64,000 nt of DNA from the human T2T-CHM13v2.0 reference genome, Homo sapiens, in NCBI RefSeq assembly GCF_009914755.1, contig NC_060947.1; one strand, 5' to 3'. Each line of letters begins with the position of its first letter. Within the stretch, counting starts at the first letter, position 1. Below the pieces are notes generated by a model that was given only the letters and a program-made list of their open reading frames with translations, did not search any database and was not told the DNA's origin. Positions 1 to 19,475 of the stretch are shown here, piece after piece. A program made the translations under genes and the position numbers.

Positions 1-1480
1 TTAGCTATCAGGATAGTGCCAGCCTCATAAAATGAATTTGGAAATGCTGCGTCTTCTATATTCTAGAAGAGCTTATTTAATATTGATAGCAATTATTTAA
101 ATGGTAGAATTCTCTAGTGGAACTGTCTGGCCTGGAAATTTTTCTTTCAGAATGTTTTAAATTATGAATTTAGTTTTTTGATGCTTATAGGGCTATTCAT
201 ACTGCCTATATTATTATGTTGTTACTGTAGTTTCTCATTTCCATGGAATTCTTCCAACTCTAAGTTGTCAAATTTATGATTTTAGAGCTGTTAGAAATTT
301 TTTCTGATTATTTTTAAATAAATAATAAGCTGCTGCATCTGTAGTGATATCCTTTCTTTCATTTCTGATGTTGAACATGTGTGTATTTTGTCCTTTTTAA
401 AAGTATTGCTAGTGGTTTATCAACTTTATATTTTTTCCAAAGAATCAGCTTTCTATCGTTGACTTTCCTTTCATTTTATTTTAAATTCCGTTGATTGCTG
501 CTCTCTATTATTTCTTTTCTTCTGTTTGATTTGAATTAATATTGCTCTTGTTCTAGTTTTTGATATTGGAAATTAGATAATGAGTTTGAGAAAATCTCTC
601 ATTTCTAATGTAAATATGTAACGTTATAAATGACCCTCAGCACTGCTTTAGCTGTGTCCTACAAATTTTTATATATTTTTATTTTGACTCAATTCTATGT
701 ATTTAATTTTTTTTAAAGTTTCTCTTTGACTCCTGGATTATTTAGAAGTGTGTTAATTTCCACAGGTTTATTATGGACATATTTATGATCGTTATTCCTT
801 TCTGGTAGATTGATCCTTTTATTATATATAATGTCCCTCCTTGTGCATGGTGATTTTCTTGCACTGAAGCCTCTAGTAGATATTAATGTAGCTTTTTGCA
901 CTTTTTTTTCTAAGTAAAATTTGAATACTATGTTTTTTCCTATTCGTTTACTTTCACCCTACTATGGCCTTGAATTTAAACTGAGTTTTTTCTAAGCAGC
1001 AGCATATAGTTGGGCAATGGTTCCCTTCCCCATATTTCGACCTCTGTCTTTGGATTGTTGTATCTAGGCTATTTATATTTAAGTTAATTTGTATATGCTA
1101 TAATTTGTCTGCTTGTTTATTATTTGTTTTCTCATTGTTCTCTTTGTTTCTCATACTTCTGTTTCTCATTTTTGCATTCCTGTAGGTTAATTGAAGGTTA
1201 TTTTAGGGTTGCATCTTGATTTATTTATACTGTTTTGTGTGCATCTCTTTGCATAATTATTGTAGTGGTTTTTCTGGATACTTCAATATGCATACATGAT
1301 ATAATATTCTAGTGGCATAAACATTTTGTCACTTTAAGTGAAGTGTAGAAGCTTCATTTCCATTTGAGTCTTTTTTTCTTTCCCTACTTTTAAATATTAC
1401 TGTCTTGAATATCTAAGGGTGTTATGATTCTTGTTTTCATCATCAAATATAATTTATAAAACTTATGAGGAAAAATATAG
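1..1480 (-). mobile_element. Old L1M (L1MC/ME-like) fragment
   Basis: T-rich degenerate antisense ORF2-like sequence; boundaries approximate. Confidence 0.6.
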
Positions 1481-1519
1481 CTGATTGTATGTAGCTAGTG
1501 CTTTGCTATTTCCATTGCT

Positions 1520-2129
<610 letters not shown>

Positions 2130-2180
2130 TGATACTCCAAGATTCTCTCTTTTATTATTTCCTGACTTTCTGAAGAACTT

Positions 2181-5215
<3,035 letters not shown>

Positions 5216-5225
5216 TGAAGAATTT

Positions 5226-7150
5226 TTTTAGGTGATCTTTAAGTGTGTGTTTGCTAGTGACAAGTTCTTTTAGTTTTTCTTTGTCTAATGTCTGTATTTC
5301 CCCTTCATTATCAAACGTAGTTTTAACAGAAATCGAGTTTTCAGTTGACAGTTTTCTTTTTCTTTCAGTACTAGAAAAATATTGTGACACTTCCTTCCGG
5401 ACTCCATGGAGTCAGATGTGATACGTGCATTCATTTAATTTGGTGTTTCTCTATATGGAACACATTCTTTCTCTCTGGCTGATTTCATGATTTTTGTTTT
5501 TATCTTTTGTTTTCAAAAGTTCAATTATGATATGCCTTTACATGATTTTCTTTGAGTTTATCAGGTTTGGGTTCACTCAGCTTTTTTGAATTTGTATGTC
5601 AGTGTCTGTTGCCAAGTTTTGGAAGTTTTAGCCATTATTTGCATTTAACTATTATTTCAGCCCCATTCTCTTTCTTCTGTTCTTCTGAGACTTTAATGAT
5701 GCAAATATTGGATCATTTGTTATTGTCCCACAGGCCTCTGAGACTTTGCTCATTTTTTTCTCTTTCTCTCTCAGTCTTTGTCAAGTCTGGGTGAATTCTA
5801 TTAATCGAGCTTCCATTTCACTCATTTTATCTTCTGTTATCTCCATCCTGGTATTGTGTTCATCACTATGTTTTTAGTTTGGTTGTTGTATTATTCAATT
5901 CTATAATTTCTATTTGATTCTTTTTTATAACTTGTATTTATTTGCTGAGATTTTCTATTTATTCATTAGTTTCAAAAAAACTTGAAATTGCTTGTTGCAG
6001 CATTTTTTTTTTTTTTTTGGCAGTTGCTTTAAAATCCTTGCTAGATAATTTCAACCTGAGGTTCATCTTGGTTGACATCTGTTGATTGTCTGCTCTCATC
6101 AAAATCGTTATTTTTTTGGTTCCTGATATGACAGGTGATTTTTGATTGAATGCTAAATTTTTTTTTCTGTTATGTTAGGAGACTCTGGGTCTTATTTAAA
6201 TCTGTTATTTTAACAGGCACACACCCCATTTATGTTCAGCATGTTTTTCTTAGCCTATTTTGTATGCTGTGGTTGTGATGACAATTTAGTTTTCAGTATG
6301 TTTGAGGTATTATTTTGATCCATTTTATTTATATGTTATCACTACTGCTCCCACTGTCTTCTGCTGGTGCTTCCTGAAGGAGTGGAGGCATTTTTTTTTC
6401 CCAGGCCTGGCTGCCACATGTCTCTTGATAGAGGAGAAATGTGGTGAGAACGCTATACAAGTACCCCCTTGGCTGCCCAGGTCTTCTGAGCAGATAGAAA
6501 AATCTGACTTATGGGGCAAAGAAGTTTGTTGTACTGGGCCAGTTGCTGTATCTAGATCTCTTGCAAGTCCCGCTTACCTTTCCAGTGTCCCTGAGTGAAA
6601 AAGGAGAGGTTTGAGCCAGCAGTGACAAAGAGGCTTTTCAGATATAGCTGCTTGCAATTGCTGTTTTTTTTTTTTTTTTTTTTTTTTTTTTTCCTGGTTT
6701 CCTCAAAACTACCTTGGTGTCTTTGGACAGAAAACTCCTGAGAAAGAGAACTCCTCTTCTGCAGGATCTCAGGCCTGGAGTAGAAGGAGAGTGCTTCCCC
6801 TTGTCACTTATGATTGGTATACCTCTTAATTGATCCCCAGGCTGGCATTGTCTGGCTCACCTGGTGTGTTCAGGGGGGCTCCTGTTTGATCCAGAAAAAG
6901 AATGATTCTAACTAGGTCAGCGGGCAAAGAATACTGGGTCTGCGTGGCCTTTCTCTGTTGGTTGGGGGATTGTGAGACACCCTGCTGCTATTGTTCCTCC
7001 AGTCCCAGAGTTCTAAATCAGCCAGTTCTCCTTTTCACCACCTTTCATCATTCTCTTTTGCTTGCCTCGTGTACCATTTTCAGGGTTTATAGTTGTGTTT
7101 AGTAGAAGGAACAGGAAAAAATAGGCTTATGCTATTTTTTTCTGGACCAG
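5226..7150 (-). mobile_element. Old L1M ORF1/5' region fragment
   Basis: Minus-strand ORF 5118..5390 resembles the L1 ORF1 C-terminus; degenerate. Confidence 0.55.
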
Positions 7151-8834
7151 AAGTTTGTATTTGTTTGTTTCTCTCCATTAGATTGTAAAATTCTTGAGGT
7201 CCAGGGGAGTTTTATTTTTTTCTATAATCTAAATTGTATATACTCAGTGAATGTTTTGTGAATAAAGTTAGTCCAACTGGATCTGAACTACTCCCTAATG
7301 GCATGACTGGAATGTGATTAAAAAAAACTGTTGGAGTGAGCACATTTATTTTTACTTCAGAGTTTCTGTATATGGATCAGACATGTAATGAACCTTCTAT
7401 TTGTTATGGAGTGAACCCTGAAAAAAGAAGAAAGAAAACAGAAACTACATGATTGATTTCTACATTTTCGTACATCAACCTGGACTTCCAAAGTGCCCTA
7501 GTTGGTAGATGATATAATTAGTGATTTTCAGAGCTTTTTTTTATGTGTCTCCCAAAACTATGACCTTCTTTTATATTTAAAAATATCTACGATTTTCATC
7601 ATTAGTTTGAACACTTGTAAAGAGGTAATGGCTTATATATAGTGAGTGTTACGATTTAAAAATAAAATACTTATATGCCTTTTTAAAATGTATCCAGTAG
7701 AATGAAAATATCAATAATATGTTAGCAGGTGAAAAAATTACCTCTTTTCTTTTCCTCTTAAATTTGTAGCTCCATTCCATTTTTCACCACAGCATCACAT
7801 CCTAATGTATTACATTTTTATGCTTAGAAGTTTTTTTCATGATCACCAGGAATAAAGTGCATAGGTAATTTGTCTATAGTTTATGTCTATATAGGTATAT
7901 GTACATATGAACCTATATGTGTGCATCAAATAAACAGCTATATGTTTAAATATACTTGCTATAGTCATAAATCCATGCATATTTTTAATAATTCTTATAA
8001 ATGATATTATTAATACAAATTGATTTAAACTCCATATATCAAACTAAGTTTGACGAGTTTTTTTTTAACAGAAAAGCAAAGTATTACTGGAAATATTTAT
8101 AATCAGATGAATGGAGCATTTTAAACTTTTATTTAGTTAGCATGTTTATGGATGATAGATACTTATTGCTTATGTGAATCCCACATGCATTTTATCCCTA
8201 TTTAAAATTTTTTGATATGGATGCTGAGAGAAGTTGTCTCCATAATGAGTAGATTGGAATGAAAGGATTTTATTGTAGTAATATCTCTCAATTTTTTCAA
8301 CTCCGTAAAGTTATAGGGTAAAATTACAGCAGTTGTTTATCAAGTGTTATTTTTAACAATGTGTCAGCTACGTCAGTTGTATTCCCCTCTTTTAATGTTG
8401 ATGAAAGAAAACTGGATAAACACATTTATGTAAATGGATTTGTTACCTAGTAATTTTGGTCACTCACTTTATCAATATCAACACCAATATTTTCAATTGT
8501 CCCTTAGTTTGGTGTCCCAGAGATGTTTCCACTCCAAAGCAATGCATCACCATTAAACTAAGAAAAGATGACATCTATTTCTCCTTTTGTATAAATAAAT
8601 GGGAGAGGAATTGTGAAAAATGGGCTGAGAAAACAAAATATGCATAGACCTCTTTGTTCTATTTGTATCAGCAAATATACCGAATGAGATAGTAAAATGA
8701 GAAGATGCCTTTATACCATTGGAAGGTATTGTTTACCTATTAGGGCATCCCTGAGTTTAATGACCACTTGTACTTAGCCTTGTTGTGTTTGTCATTCTCT
8801 TCTTTTCTAGAGATTCCTTATACTATTGTCCTTA

Positions 8835-10000
<1,166 letters not shown>

Positions 10001-10841
10001 CTATTGTCCTTAGATAGGCACTTCCTCTGATAGCTGACTAGATACTCTGTTGTCCTCAGAGGTCAACTGTCTTTATATGCTGTGGTGTGTATGAAGCCAA
10101 AACAAGATTTCAAGATTTTTTTACAAGAGGAAGAGAAACTAACAGGAGATGCAGAGAAATCATTATATATTACCAAAATCTTAACACTGAAGTAGACTCT
10201 GTCTCTCTTTTTCTCTCTCCCCCGCTCTCTCTCTCTGTGCGAAGTGTGGAGATTCCTAAGAAATTATTCTTAAGACCTTTTCCTATATCCAAAGTATGAT
10301 AATATACTTAGGGGTACTTTTTAACCATGAATGTCTAGCCAAATAGAAAATGTATGTAACCTTATATGGTTTGTATATAAGATGATAATGGATTTTTACA
10401 AACTTGTAGGAACACATGCTACAAATATGCTACAGTGAATTTTTTAGAAATACATATGGAAAATAAATTGTACTTACATTTTGTAAGTACTTACATCTTG
10501 TACTTACATCTTGTTTTAGACCCTAAATGATATGTTACAGCATCACTGCATTCTTTTATTTCATAAGATTTGGAGACATTCAAACTATTTATTTGGGATG
10601 ACATACCATGCACTTAGATGCATAAAGTCTCATTTCTTTGTTAAAAATGTAACCCATTACCTTGTTTTCATATCTTTATTTCATAATTCCTTTTATTGAC
10701 AAACATGCCACCAGTAGACCTGTAAATAAACTGAAATGTCTTTTAAGGGCTTAAGTGTCCATCTATATTCCCCTACATATTTAGCTATCAGGCTCTTATG
10801 ATTGTTAAATTAATTATGTGGCCTTCTTTTCTCCTCCCTAG

Positions 10842-10957
10842 GTTGATTCCATCCTGTCAATTGGAAATTGAATCAGTAGTTAATTTTGGCACACTGGTTG
10901 CCAATAGTAAAGTATATTCTAAAGAGATTACTATCACTAACCATGGCAAAGCTCCAG
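10842..10957 (+). CDS. CFAP47: CFAP47 coding exon (probably exon 3): LIPSCQLEIESVVNFGTLVANSKVYSKEITITNHGKAP
   Basis: Polypyrimidine tract + tag acceptor, G|gtaaat donor, 116 nt, frame continuous with next exon; ASH-like NFG...N motif; matches recalled CXorf22/CFAP47 protein. Confidence 0.93.
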
Positions 10958-11573
10958 GTAAATCCTTCCTGTCATATTTACTTACACTTTTAGAAGAGTT
11001 GGTATTATTTGAAATGTATACCTTGTGTAATAGATTACCTAATTTAACTGAAAAAAGGTCTATCATTTCAAATAGCTCAAAACCAAAGGTCCTTAATAGT
11101 ATTACTGTAAAAGACTGATAGGCAACAATTCAAGAAAAATGAACCTTCCTCCTTATGATCCTGATTAATACAGTCAGAAAATGGTGAAATCCCTCAGGAT
11201 AGGAGGCAGGATAGTGTCAGAGAAGTTACATAGTTCAGAGACAGAATTAGAGCACAGCGCCTTATTAGTTGTGTGATCTGGGGCAAGTATTTTTAAGGAT
11301 TTTGAACTTGAGATTCCTCATTTATAAACGGGTGCTGATAAAATGTATGATGATGAATTATGTACATACTTTAAACTGTGGTATGTTACTTGGCTCATCA
11401 TAGATGCTTAATAAATATTTGTCTTCTTTCTCAATCATATTCAACTTTAATTTAATGTCAAACTCCCCAGAAGGCTTTTACTAATTCTTTTTTGAAGGAA
11501 TAAATACTTCTCTCTTTTCCAGATTTAATTATTTCCAGGGATTCTTACTGTGGCCTAAGAGTTTACATAAGGA

Positions 11574-11620
11574 TGTGTGTGTGTGTCTGTGTGTGTGTGT
11601 GTGTGTGTGTCTGTGTGTGT
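11574..11620. repeat. (TG)n microsatellite, interrupted
   Basis: Direct reading. Confidence 0.9.
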
Positions 11621-13361
11621 ATATTCATATACACTTTAAATTGATAGCATACAATAAGCATAGGATTGCTTATCCCTTCAGTGTCCTGATTCAATGGCAT
11701 GTGGGGTTGCAAGATTGCCATTTCTCCCAATCTAAAATGAGGACTAGCTCCAGACAGGGAGGGTATTTCTATCTGAGACTGTTTGTTGAATATATAAAGT
11801 AGGTCTTAAATCCAAGCTTCTATTCCACTAACTGAGAGTGTTCTCTGGGGCCACCTGATTGAGCATTGGGAATTATGAAGACAAAGGCAGTCTGTCAGTT
11901 TACTGATTTCTTCTTAGGATACAAAGGAATAAAACTCATAACCGTTCCACATTGGATGTTACTCATCTCACTTTCTATGCTTTGGTTTTTAAATGAGTGC
12001 ATGTCTGATGCCTGTGGGATTATAGAATTAGGCTCGTTTGTGGCCTGACTCGAGTGTTAAGGAGGAAGTCTCTTACAGCAAGTGATATGGGCAATATGAT
12101 CCTTTAGACTCTCTAGTTATATTTTAGAGCACTGATATTTAATTAAGGTATTTTTATTTGTATTATTTTACTTTCCAGAATTTCTTTTAACTGTTGTATA
12201 TTCAATAACCTTCAATGTTTTGATAGCAATAATATATTCCCTTCTTGTTCTAAAATCTCACCAAATTTTACAGTTTCATTTCATATGAAAACTCTCTGTA
12301 AGTAAAAAAGGAATATGGTTTTACTTTTCATTGAACATTTAATATAATTTTACTCAATAAATTAGAATAAGTACAATTAAGCTGCAGACCAGAATACATA
12401 ATGTTTTAGGAAAAATACTGCGCATTGGCTATTAGGATTATGTTAGTATTTTATTTGTATATAGTATTTGTAATACCTTGGTTGGGTTTATTATACTTGA
12501 GTACTGTGAAATGTTAATGGCTATTACCTTACAAACTGAAACAAATTGTGATCAATGAATTACATTTTCTTAGTGTTGACTTTATCCCACATGCTTGGAA
12601 TCAAATCAGATTATTGTTTCTACTATTATCAAAATTGATACTGTATATTACATTCAGATTAGCTAGTGCCTATAAAGTGTCATAAAGTCCTTATCATCTA
12701 CAAGCAAAATATATACGTGTTCATGATAATAGCAATGTATATTCATGAAGAAAAACATTCTGAAAATAGATTCAGCCATCAAAGTTGATTTTAATAACAT
12801 TTTTAAAAAACATTTTATATGGTGAATTTTTTGTAGGTTTAGAGTCAAAGTTCAAATGCTTACAAATTTGTATGTATACTTAATAGGATATTTAAAACTC
12901 AACACTTGGCAGATTTAACATTTCCACATCTTTGTTTTCTCTCTCTGGTAGTATCACTGCAGTTATAACCTTTGTTTTTATAGACCCCCAAAGTTTATGT
13001 GTGTAACAACTCCTTGATGATTTATTTTAATAGTCTCTTATGGAGTAAACATCCATGGATCTAGCCATATGTTGTTGAATAACTTTTGTTTCCTCATCCT
13101 TTATAGAAATGGTTCCCAAATTTACCCCTGACTGTACAAAGCAGTGCTCATCTTTTCTTTCTGAAGACATGGTCCATTCTTTATGGTGTCTCTAATGTTA
13201 GTACTTTGTAGGTTAATAAATTCCATATTTACTTTTATGATTTTATGGCTTGATAATACCACTATTGTTTCTCAGCTTTTATCACTGAAGATTAGAAAAA
13301 GAAATTATTAATTTAGCATGCCTTGAATTAAAATCATTTCTTCCTTAATGTGAGCATACTT

Positions 13362-13478
13362 ATTTATTTATTATTTTTTAAAATTTTTGTGGGCACATGG
13401 TAGGTGTATATATTTATGGAGTACATGAGATGTTTTGATACGGGCATCCAATGTGAAATAAGTACATCATGGAGAATG
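13362..13478 (-). mobile_element. Short L1MA 3'-end fragment
   Basis: gtacatgagatgttttgatac 3'UTR motif with T-rich tail. Confidence 0.7.
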
Positions 13479-15372
13479 TTGAGTAGACTTTTTCTACTAC
13501 AGTATTATAACATAGAACAGTTTCTCAAATTCCTAAGTGAGAGCCTTACATATCATTTCTGAGTTTGAACATCTGCCTCAGAACTTATCATCCTTTAGGT
13601 TTATTTGGTCTACTTTGTCCAAAATATATGACCTTTCATTTGCTCTTAAGGCCCACTCTGCCTTTTCCCCTAATCAGCAGCATCATTTCTCTACTTCATT
13701 GTCTAAAATATCCTGGAATCAACTGTAAACCAGGAAATTTGTCAAACTGTACCAAACCCAGAAGTGGTCCTGGGGATCTTCCTTAGTAACTCACAAAAGC
13801 ACCCCCTACTTATTCTCAGTGCATAATTCTTGTCTTCAATTTTTTTTTGGAAACTGATGCCATGGCATCTCCATATATTCTTCATGCATAACATAACCCT
13901 AATTTATAGGATTATATATTTTGACATAATCATAATTTATTTGGTTTAGTGATTTCTTGGAGTTTCACTAAAGAACTATGAAGCTTTTAATGAAAGATGA
14001 TTAAACCCAGAAGGAACCTGTTAAATCCATATGAGCATTCTGAAGAATCTCTAAAAATTAGTCATTTGGAAACATGTGGAGCCTCATACATATTTAGTGT
14101 GCTTAGAACCAAGGGAATTTTAAAAAATCATAAGAAATAGCAATAGCCTGGGGTACATGACAACTGATTTTTAATAACATTCTATAGAACTACAGAATCT
14201 GGTTACCCTGGCTTGATCTTACAGATACTCTGAGGCAAAAATCTGCTTAGCAGTTCCTAAAAATTTTTTCAAGGAGTATAGACAGTGTAACCATGTATAC
14301 TGCACCACTTAGTGTCTAATTTGCTTCTCTAGAGAAGATAGAAGAATCCAGATTCAAAAATCACACAGATTTGTGTGAGGGACCCCTCATCGCAGCTGTA
14401 GCTGTGGGTACCCTTATGTTTTATGTGCCCCCACTAACTCTTATCAGTGGGCAAGTCTATAGGTCTGTTTTACATGGCTTATTGGCAAAAGTTGACATAG
14501 TTAGCCACTGCCACTTTCTTGGGAAAACAAAACAAAAACAATTCAAAGCCCTTTGGCTTCTGTGACAACTCACTCTCTTATATAGAATGCTAATTAATAA
14601 CTCAGGTCCTGAAGTGTGGTTGAATAGGGCCCAAATCTTAGTTGCATCATTTACTATCTGGGAGGCCCTGGGTAAGGAATTTGCACTTCCAAAACATCCA
14701 TTGTCTGACTTACACATTAGAGATAAAGATAGTACCTTCCTCCTCTAATGGTGGTGATGATTAATAAAATGCTTAGCACACTCTCTGGCATATATAACTT
14801 TTCAGTAAATGTTAGCTATTTATGTTATAATTATTATTTTTCTACCACCTCTGCCCTCTTCAGTTCTCTTTCCTAGACTGGTGTTTCTTTTTGTGGTATA
14901 TTAAATGTGAATGTTTCCTAAGGTTTGCCACAGACTCTTATGTTTCTTCAGTCAAGGTACTCTCCTTGGACCATCACTTCCCTTCCTTTTACTTCACTGA
15001 CTACTCCTAGATCTATACAATCCTTTGGGTATCCTTCAGTTTTCTCAAACTTAACAGCTTCCCCCAATACTTCTTTTTTCTTTGTCAATTAATGTTACCA
15101 CTATGTATTTGGAGAGTTCCAAAACTTGGCAAAATTTTCAACACCTCTCTCTTTTTCACTTCCTACCCCCTTAGTCAATTAGTAAATCTTATCTGTTCAC
15201 TTCATAATTAAGCCAGTAATACTACTTTTCTCTGCCCAATGCCACTTTTTTTACAAAAAGCCATTATCTTCCCCTGCTGAATAACTACATTAACCTAAAT
15301 TATTTTCCTGACGTTACTTCCTTTTAGTTTATTTCCCACACATTAGCCAGTGCCATATCTGAGAAGAAATGA

Positions 15373-15762
<390 letters not shown>

Positions 15763-16719
15763 TAGGATGATATTCTTGCTTCTGTTGTTAGCAATTTAAA
15801 AAGCCAAACAAATGGTTTTTGTATTAAAGTTAAATAAGACATAGTAATGTTGACATACCTGCAATTTAAACATATTTAGAAAATTAAACAATATTCTTTT
15901 GTATTTTGTGTTGCTTCTGAATAAGTTTTTGAAATATTCACTTAAACTCTTTTGTCAAATTATGTCTAAGTAGTTACAATATGGGAAACTTTTTCACTGA
16001 CTCAGTCCTAACTAAATTTATATACCTTTTTTTCTTACAGAATGGAGTCAATAATACCTATTTATTTGAAATGGATATAATTTTATATATTTTTGATTTA
16101 TGATATAAAATTAACTTCAAATATTATGCTGTTAGCACATCTATGAAATGATTGAAGTGACCAATTTTGTTACTTTGCATTTTCAAATATTGTCTTTTTA
16201 ATATTTTCATTACTTTTATTGTGCTAACATTTTGTTTTCCTAAATTAAATGAATACATTTGGAAAATATCATCAGATGTGATTTAAGACTGGTGATTTCA
16301 GAATTTGCCAAACTGTTTATTTTAGCACCATGCTCATTTGTGTTATAATGATAATAAAGGGACTAGTGATTGGCTGCTTCTATTTGTTGGCCATACTTTA
16401 AGTACTGCTTAGTGCTAAGCAGTGTGTGGGGTGCTGTGACCACAGACATGAGAAAGAGATTGTATCTGATTTCAAGGACCACATGCTGTAATATAGGCAC
16501 AAAACATTACCATAAATTATGAACCATTTCTGCTTTCAGAATAAGAATCTTTGTACCCTCCTTCTCATATGCCATTTGATTTCAGAAACCAATCCCCTTT
16601 GCCCTTATCCTGTGTGAACTGGATAAATTCATCTCCTAGGGAATGGTAATAACTATAAGTATGAACCTGTGGTCAGAAATATCCAAGTGAAAATCTCATC
16701 TTCATTAGTTAGTTACTAA

Positions 16720-17276
16720 CTGTAGTAGTTATTGCTATATAACAAACCACCCTAAAATATCTTCAAACAGCAGTTATTTTTTAATTGGTCATGTGGTTAT
16801 GTGTATGCAGATTGGCTGGAACTTGACTGATCTAGGCTGGGCTCATCTGGGTGCTCTGCTTCAAGCTGAAGCAGCTGGGCCTGTTCTGTTTCTCACTGCA
16901 GGTCTGTGGGTCAGCTGGGTGGCTCTGCTCCACATTTGCTCATTCTAGGGCATGGGCCAAAAGGACAGCAGTTACTCAGGAGAAACACTTCCCAAAGTCA
17001 AGGGGCTTGATCATGTGATTTGCTTTGGCTAATAACATGTGGGTGTAATTGATAGCATGCCAGTTCCAACCTAGATGCACTTCTACCATGGGAGGTGGGA
17101 AGTGTTTTATCCTGTGTAATTGCTGTCCTTTTGGCCCATGCCCTAGAATGAGCAAATGTGGAGCAGAGTCACCCAGCTGACCCACAGACCTGCAGTGAGA
17201 AACTCTGGAACAATAGGGTAAAGATACGAATGTGGAAAAAGGTGAAGAATTGTGGTCAGCAAGCTAATCTACCACA
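16720..17276. mobile_element. MLT1-type MaLR LTR containing an inverted repeat
   Basis: attgctatataacaaaccaccctaaa start and ...atctaccaca end typical of MLT1. Confidence 0.7.
16888..17203. repeat. Inverted repeat, arms 16888-16994 and 17096-17203
   Basis: Manual reverse-complement alignment, about 5 differences in ~108 bp. Confidence 0.95.
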
Positions 17277-17558
17277 GTAGTTGTGTGACCTTGAACAAGT
17301 CATTCATCATTTCAAAACTTCTATTTTGTTACTTGTAAAATGGAGGTAATGATTGAAAATATTATATCATAGATTATTTACGGAAATTAAATAACCTATG
17401 CAGAGCTCTTAACATAAGTGTCTGAACGTAGTAAGCAGATAATTTTAACTATTGGTGAGACTTGAATTCTAACAACAGGATCATATTTGTTGGGTGACCT
17501 CAGATATTGGACTTACAATTAAAGCTTTAATTCTTGGTACACTGTAGACCATCTGCTC

Positions 17559-17778
17559 CAGGGGTATTCAATCTTTTGGCTTCCCTGAGCTACGTTGGAA
17601 GAAGAAGAATTGTTTTGGGCCACACATCAAATACACTAACACTAATGATAGTTGATGAGCTTAAAATGTCTCAAAAAATCTCATAATGTTGTAAGAAAGT
17701 TTATGAATTTGTGTTGGGCTGCATTCAAAGCCGTCCTGGGCTGCATGTGGCCCATGGGCCATGGGTTAGGCAAGCTTG
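17559..17778 (+). mobile_element. MER30-like hAT DNA transposon
   Basis: caggggt..caatcttttggcttccctg ... caagcttg termini. Confidence 0.8.
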
Positions 17779-17872
17779 GTCTACTGGGTAAAGTATGTTG
17801 GTCCCCTACTGAGAGTGTACATGCAACATTGTAAGGGTCCAGATGTAAATCAACTGCTCTTATTCCCTATAG

Positions 17873-18011
17873 GCATATTTAAGGCAGAATACCACGGCCA
17901 ATTACCCATCCTCATTTTTCCAACTAGTGGTATCGTGGATGCTAAGTCATCAATGGTTATTAAAGTAGATTTCTGTGCAGACCAGCCAAGAATTGTAGAT
18001 GAAGAGGCAAT
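17873..18011 (+). CDS. CFAP47: CFAP47 exon (~4): GIFKAEYHGQLPILIFPTSG...VDEEAI
   Basis: ttccctatag acceptor, AT|gtgagt donor, 139 nt, phase-consistent. Confidence 0.93.
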
Positions 18012-18697
18012 GTGAGTATATACTGTGGTTCTAAAAATTATAATACAGATCTCAATGCTTTCCCGTTTAACCCTGCAGATGTGACTTTGATTGTATGTTA
18101 GCTCCTTTGTTCTTCCATTCAGCGTTGTTCATTGAGTCTCTACTATTTGCCAAGCAGTAGGTTTTTAAGAAATGGGAAGAACTAGAGGATAGCATATGGG
18201 TACACATAACAGGATCTTCTATTTTGAATTTCATTGAGGTGAGAGAGTGGACCAGGGAAGGGCTCCACTAACAAGGTGATAGTTGAATCAAATACTTACT
18301 GGTGAGTAGTAATTAGCCAGGCAAAGAGCAGTGATGTGATTTGGGGTGTGTGTGTGTGCGTGTGTGTGTGTGTGTGTAGGGGTGGTGGGAGTTAGTGATG
18401 GGAGTAGCATAGAGGAGGGATTTCAGGCAGAGCAAGTAACATACTGGAAATCCTAGAGGCAAAAAGACAGTGTTGCACACCAAGGCATCTTTGGCAATGT
18501 AGAATTAAAAAGATGGAGGTGGGGAGTGACAGGAGACAAGACCAGAAAAACCAAATGGAATGTCTAGTTTGAAGGGCTTTGTAGTCCAACATTTTTGTGC
18601 GGTATGTCTTAATTCATTGCTAGAATGTGCAGTCAATATAATGAGCCATCACCAGTATTTTTAACAAACGACTTAAAAATATCAGAATGCATCTGTG

Positions 18698-18734
<37 letters not shown>

Positions 18735-19247
18735 CCGGCACTGGAATATAAAATACTTTTTTTACTGAAGGTCACAGCCATAAATATGTGATAAACAGGT
18801 GTGAACCCTGATAGGAGCTTGGGTTTTATTGTGAAGGCTATGAAGTCTTAGGAGGGTTTTAGGATGAGAGTGTCATGATTAGTTTGTATTTTAGAAAGGT
18901 CCTCCTAGTGGCAGTGTGCAAAACAGACCAGGGAGTACAAATGTGGAGTGAGAATCTTGACTAGAAATTACAGTAAAGCAAGAGGAAAATGATAAAGGTC
19001 TGAGATAAGGTCAACTGAGAAGACTGATAGAAGTGTGCAAATTGGAGATAGGTTGTAGAAGTAGATTTGACTAGATTTGGTGACTGATTGTAGCAAAGGA
19101 AGATAAAAGGTGGAACAGGGTTATGGGAGAGGATCTTAAATTCAGTTTTGATATGTTGGAATGGTTTTACTTTTCAGATTCCTGGTGGAGCTGGCTGCAG
19201 CTTATTAAATTATCTTGAGTCCCAGAAAGAAATTTGATTTAGATGTA

Positions 19248-19475
19248 CAAGTTGAATGTTCCTTACTCAAAATACTTGAGATCAGAAGTGTTTTAGATTT
19301 CAATTTTGTTTGGATTTTGGAATATTTGCATTATACTTACTAGTTTAGTAACCCTAATCTAAAAATCTGAAATCCGACATGCTCTAATAAGCATTGCCTT
19401 TGAGTTTTATATCAGCATTCAAAAAGTTTGGGATTTTGGAGCATTATGGATTTCATATTAGGAATACTCAGCCTG
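19248..19475. mobile_element. Tigger4/MER46-like MITE
   Basis: TA-flanked TIRs caagttgaatgttcc / ggaatactcagcctg. Confidence 0.75.
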
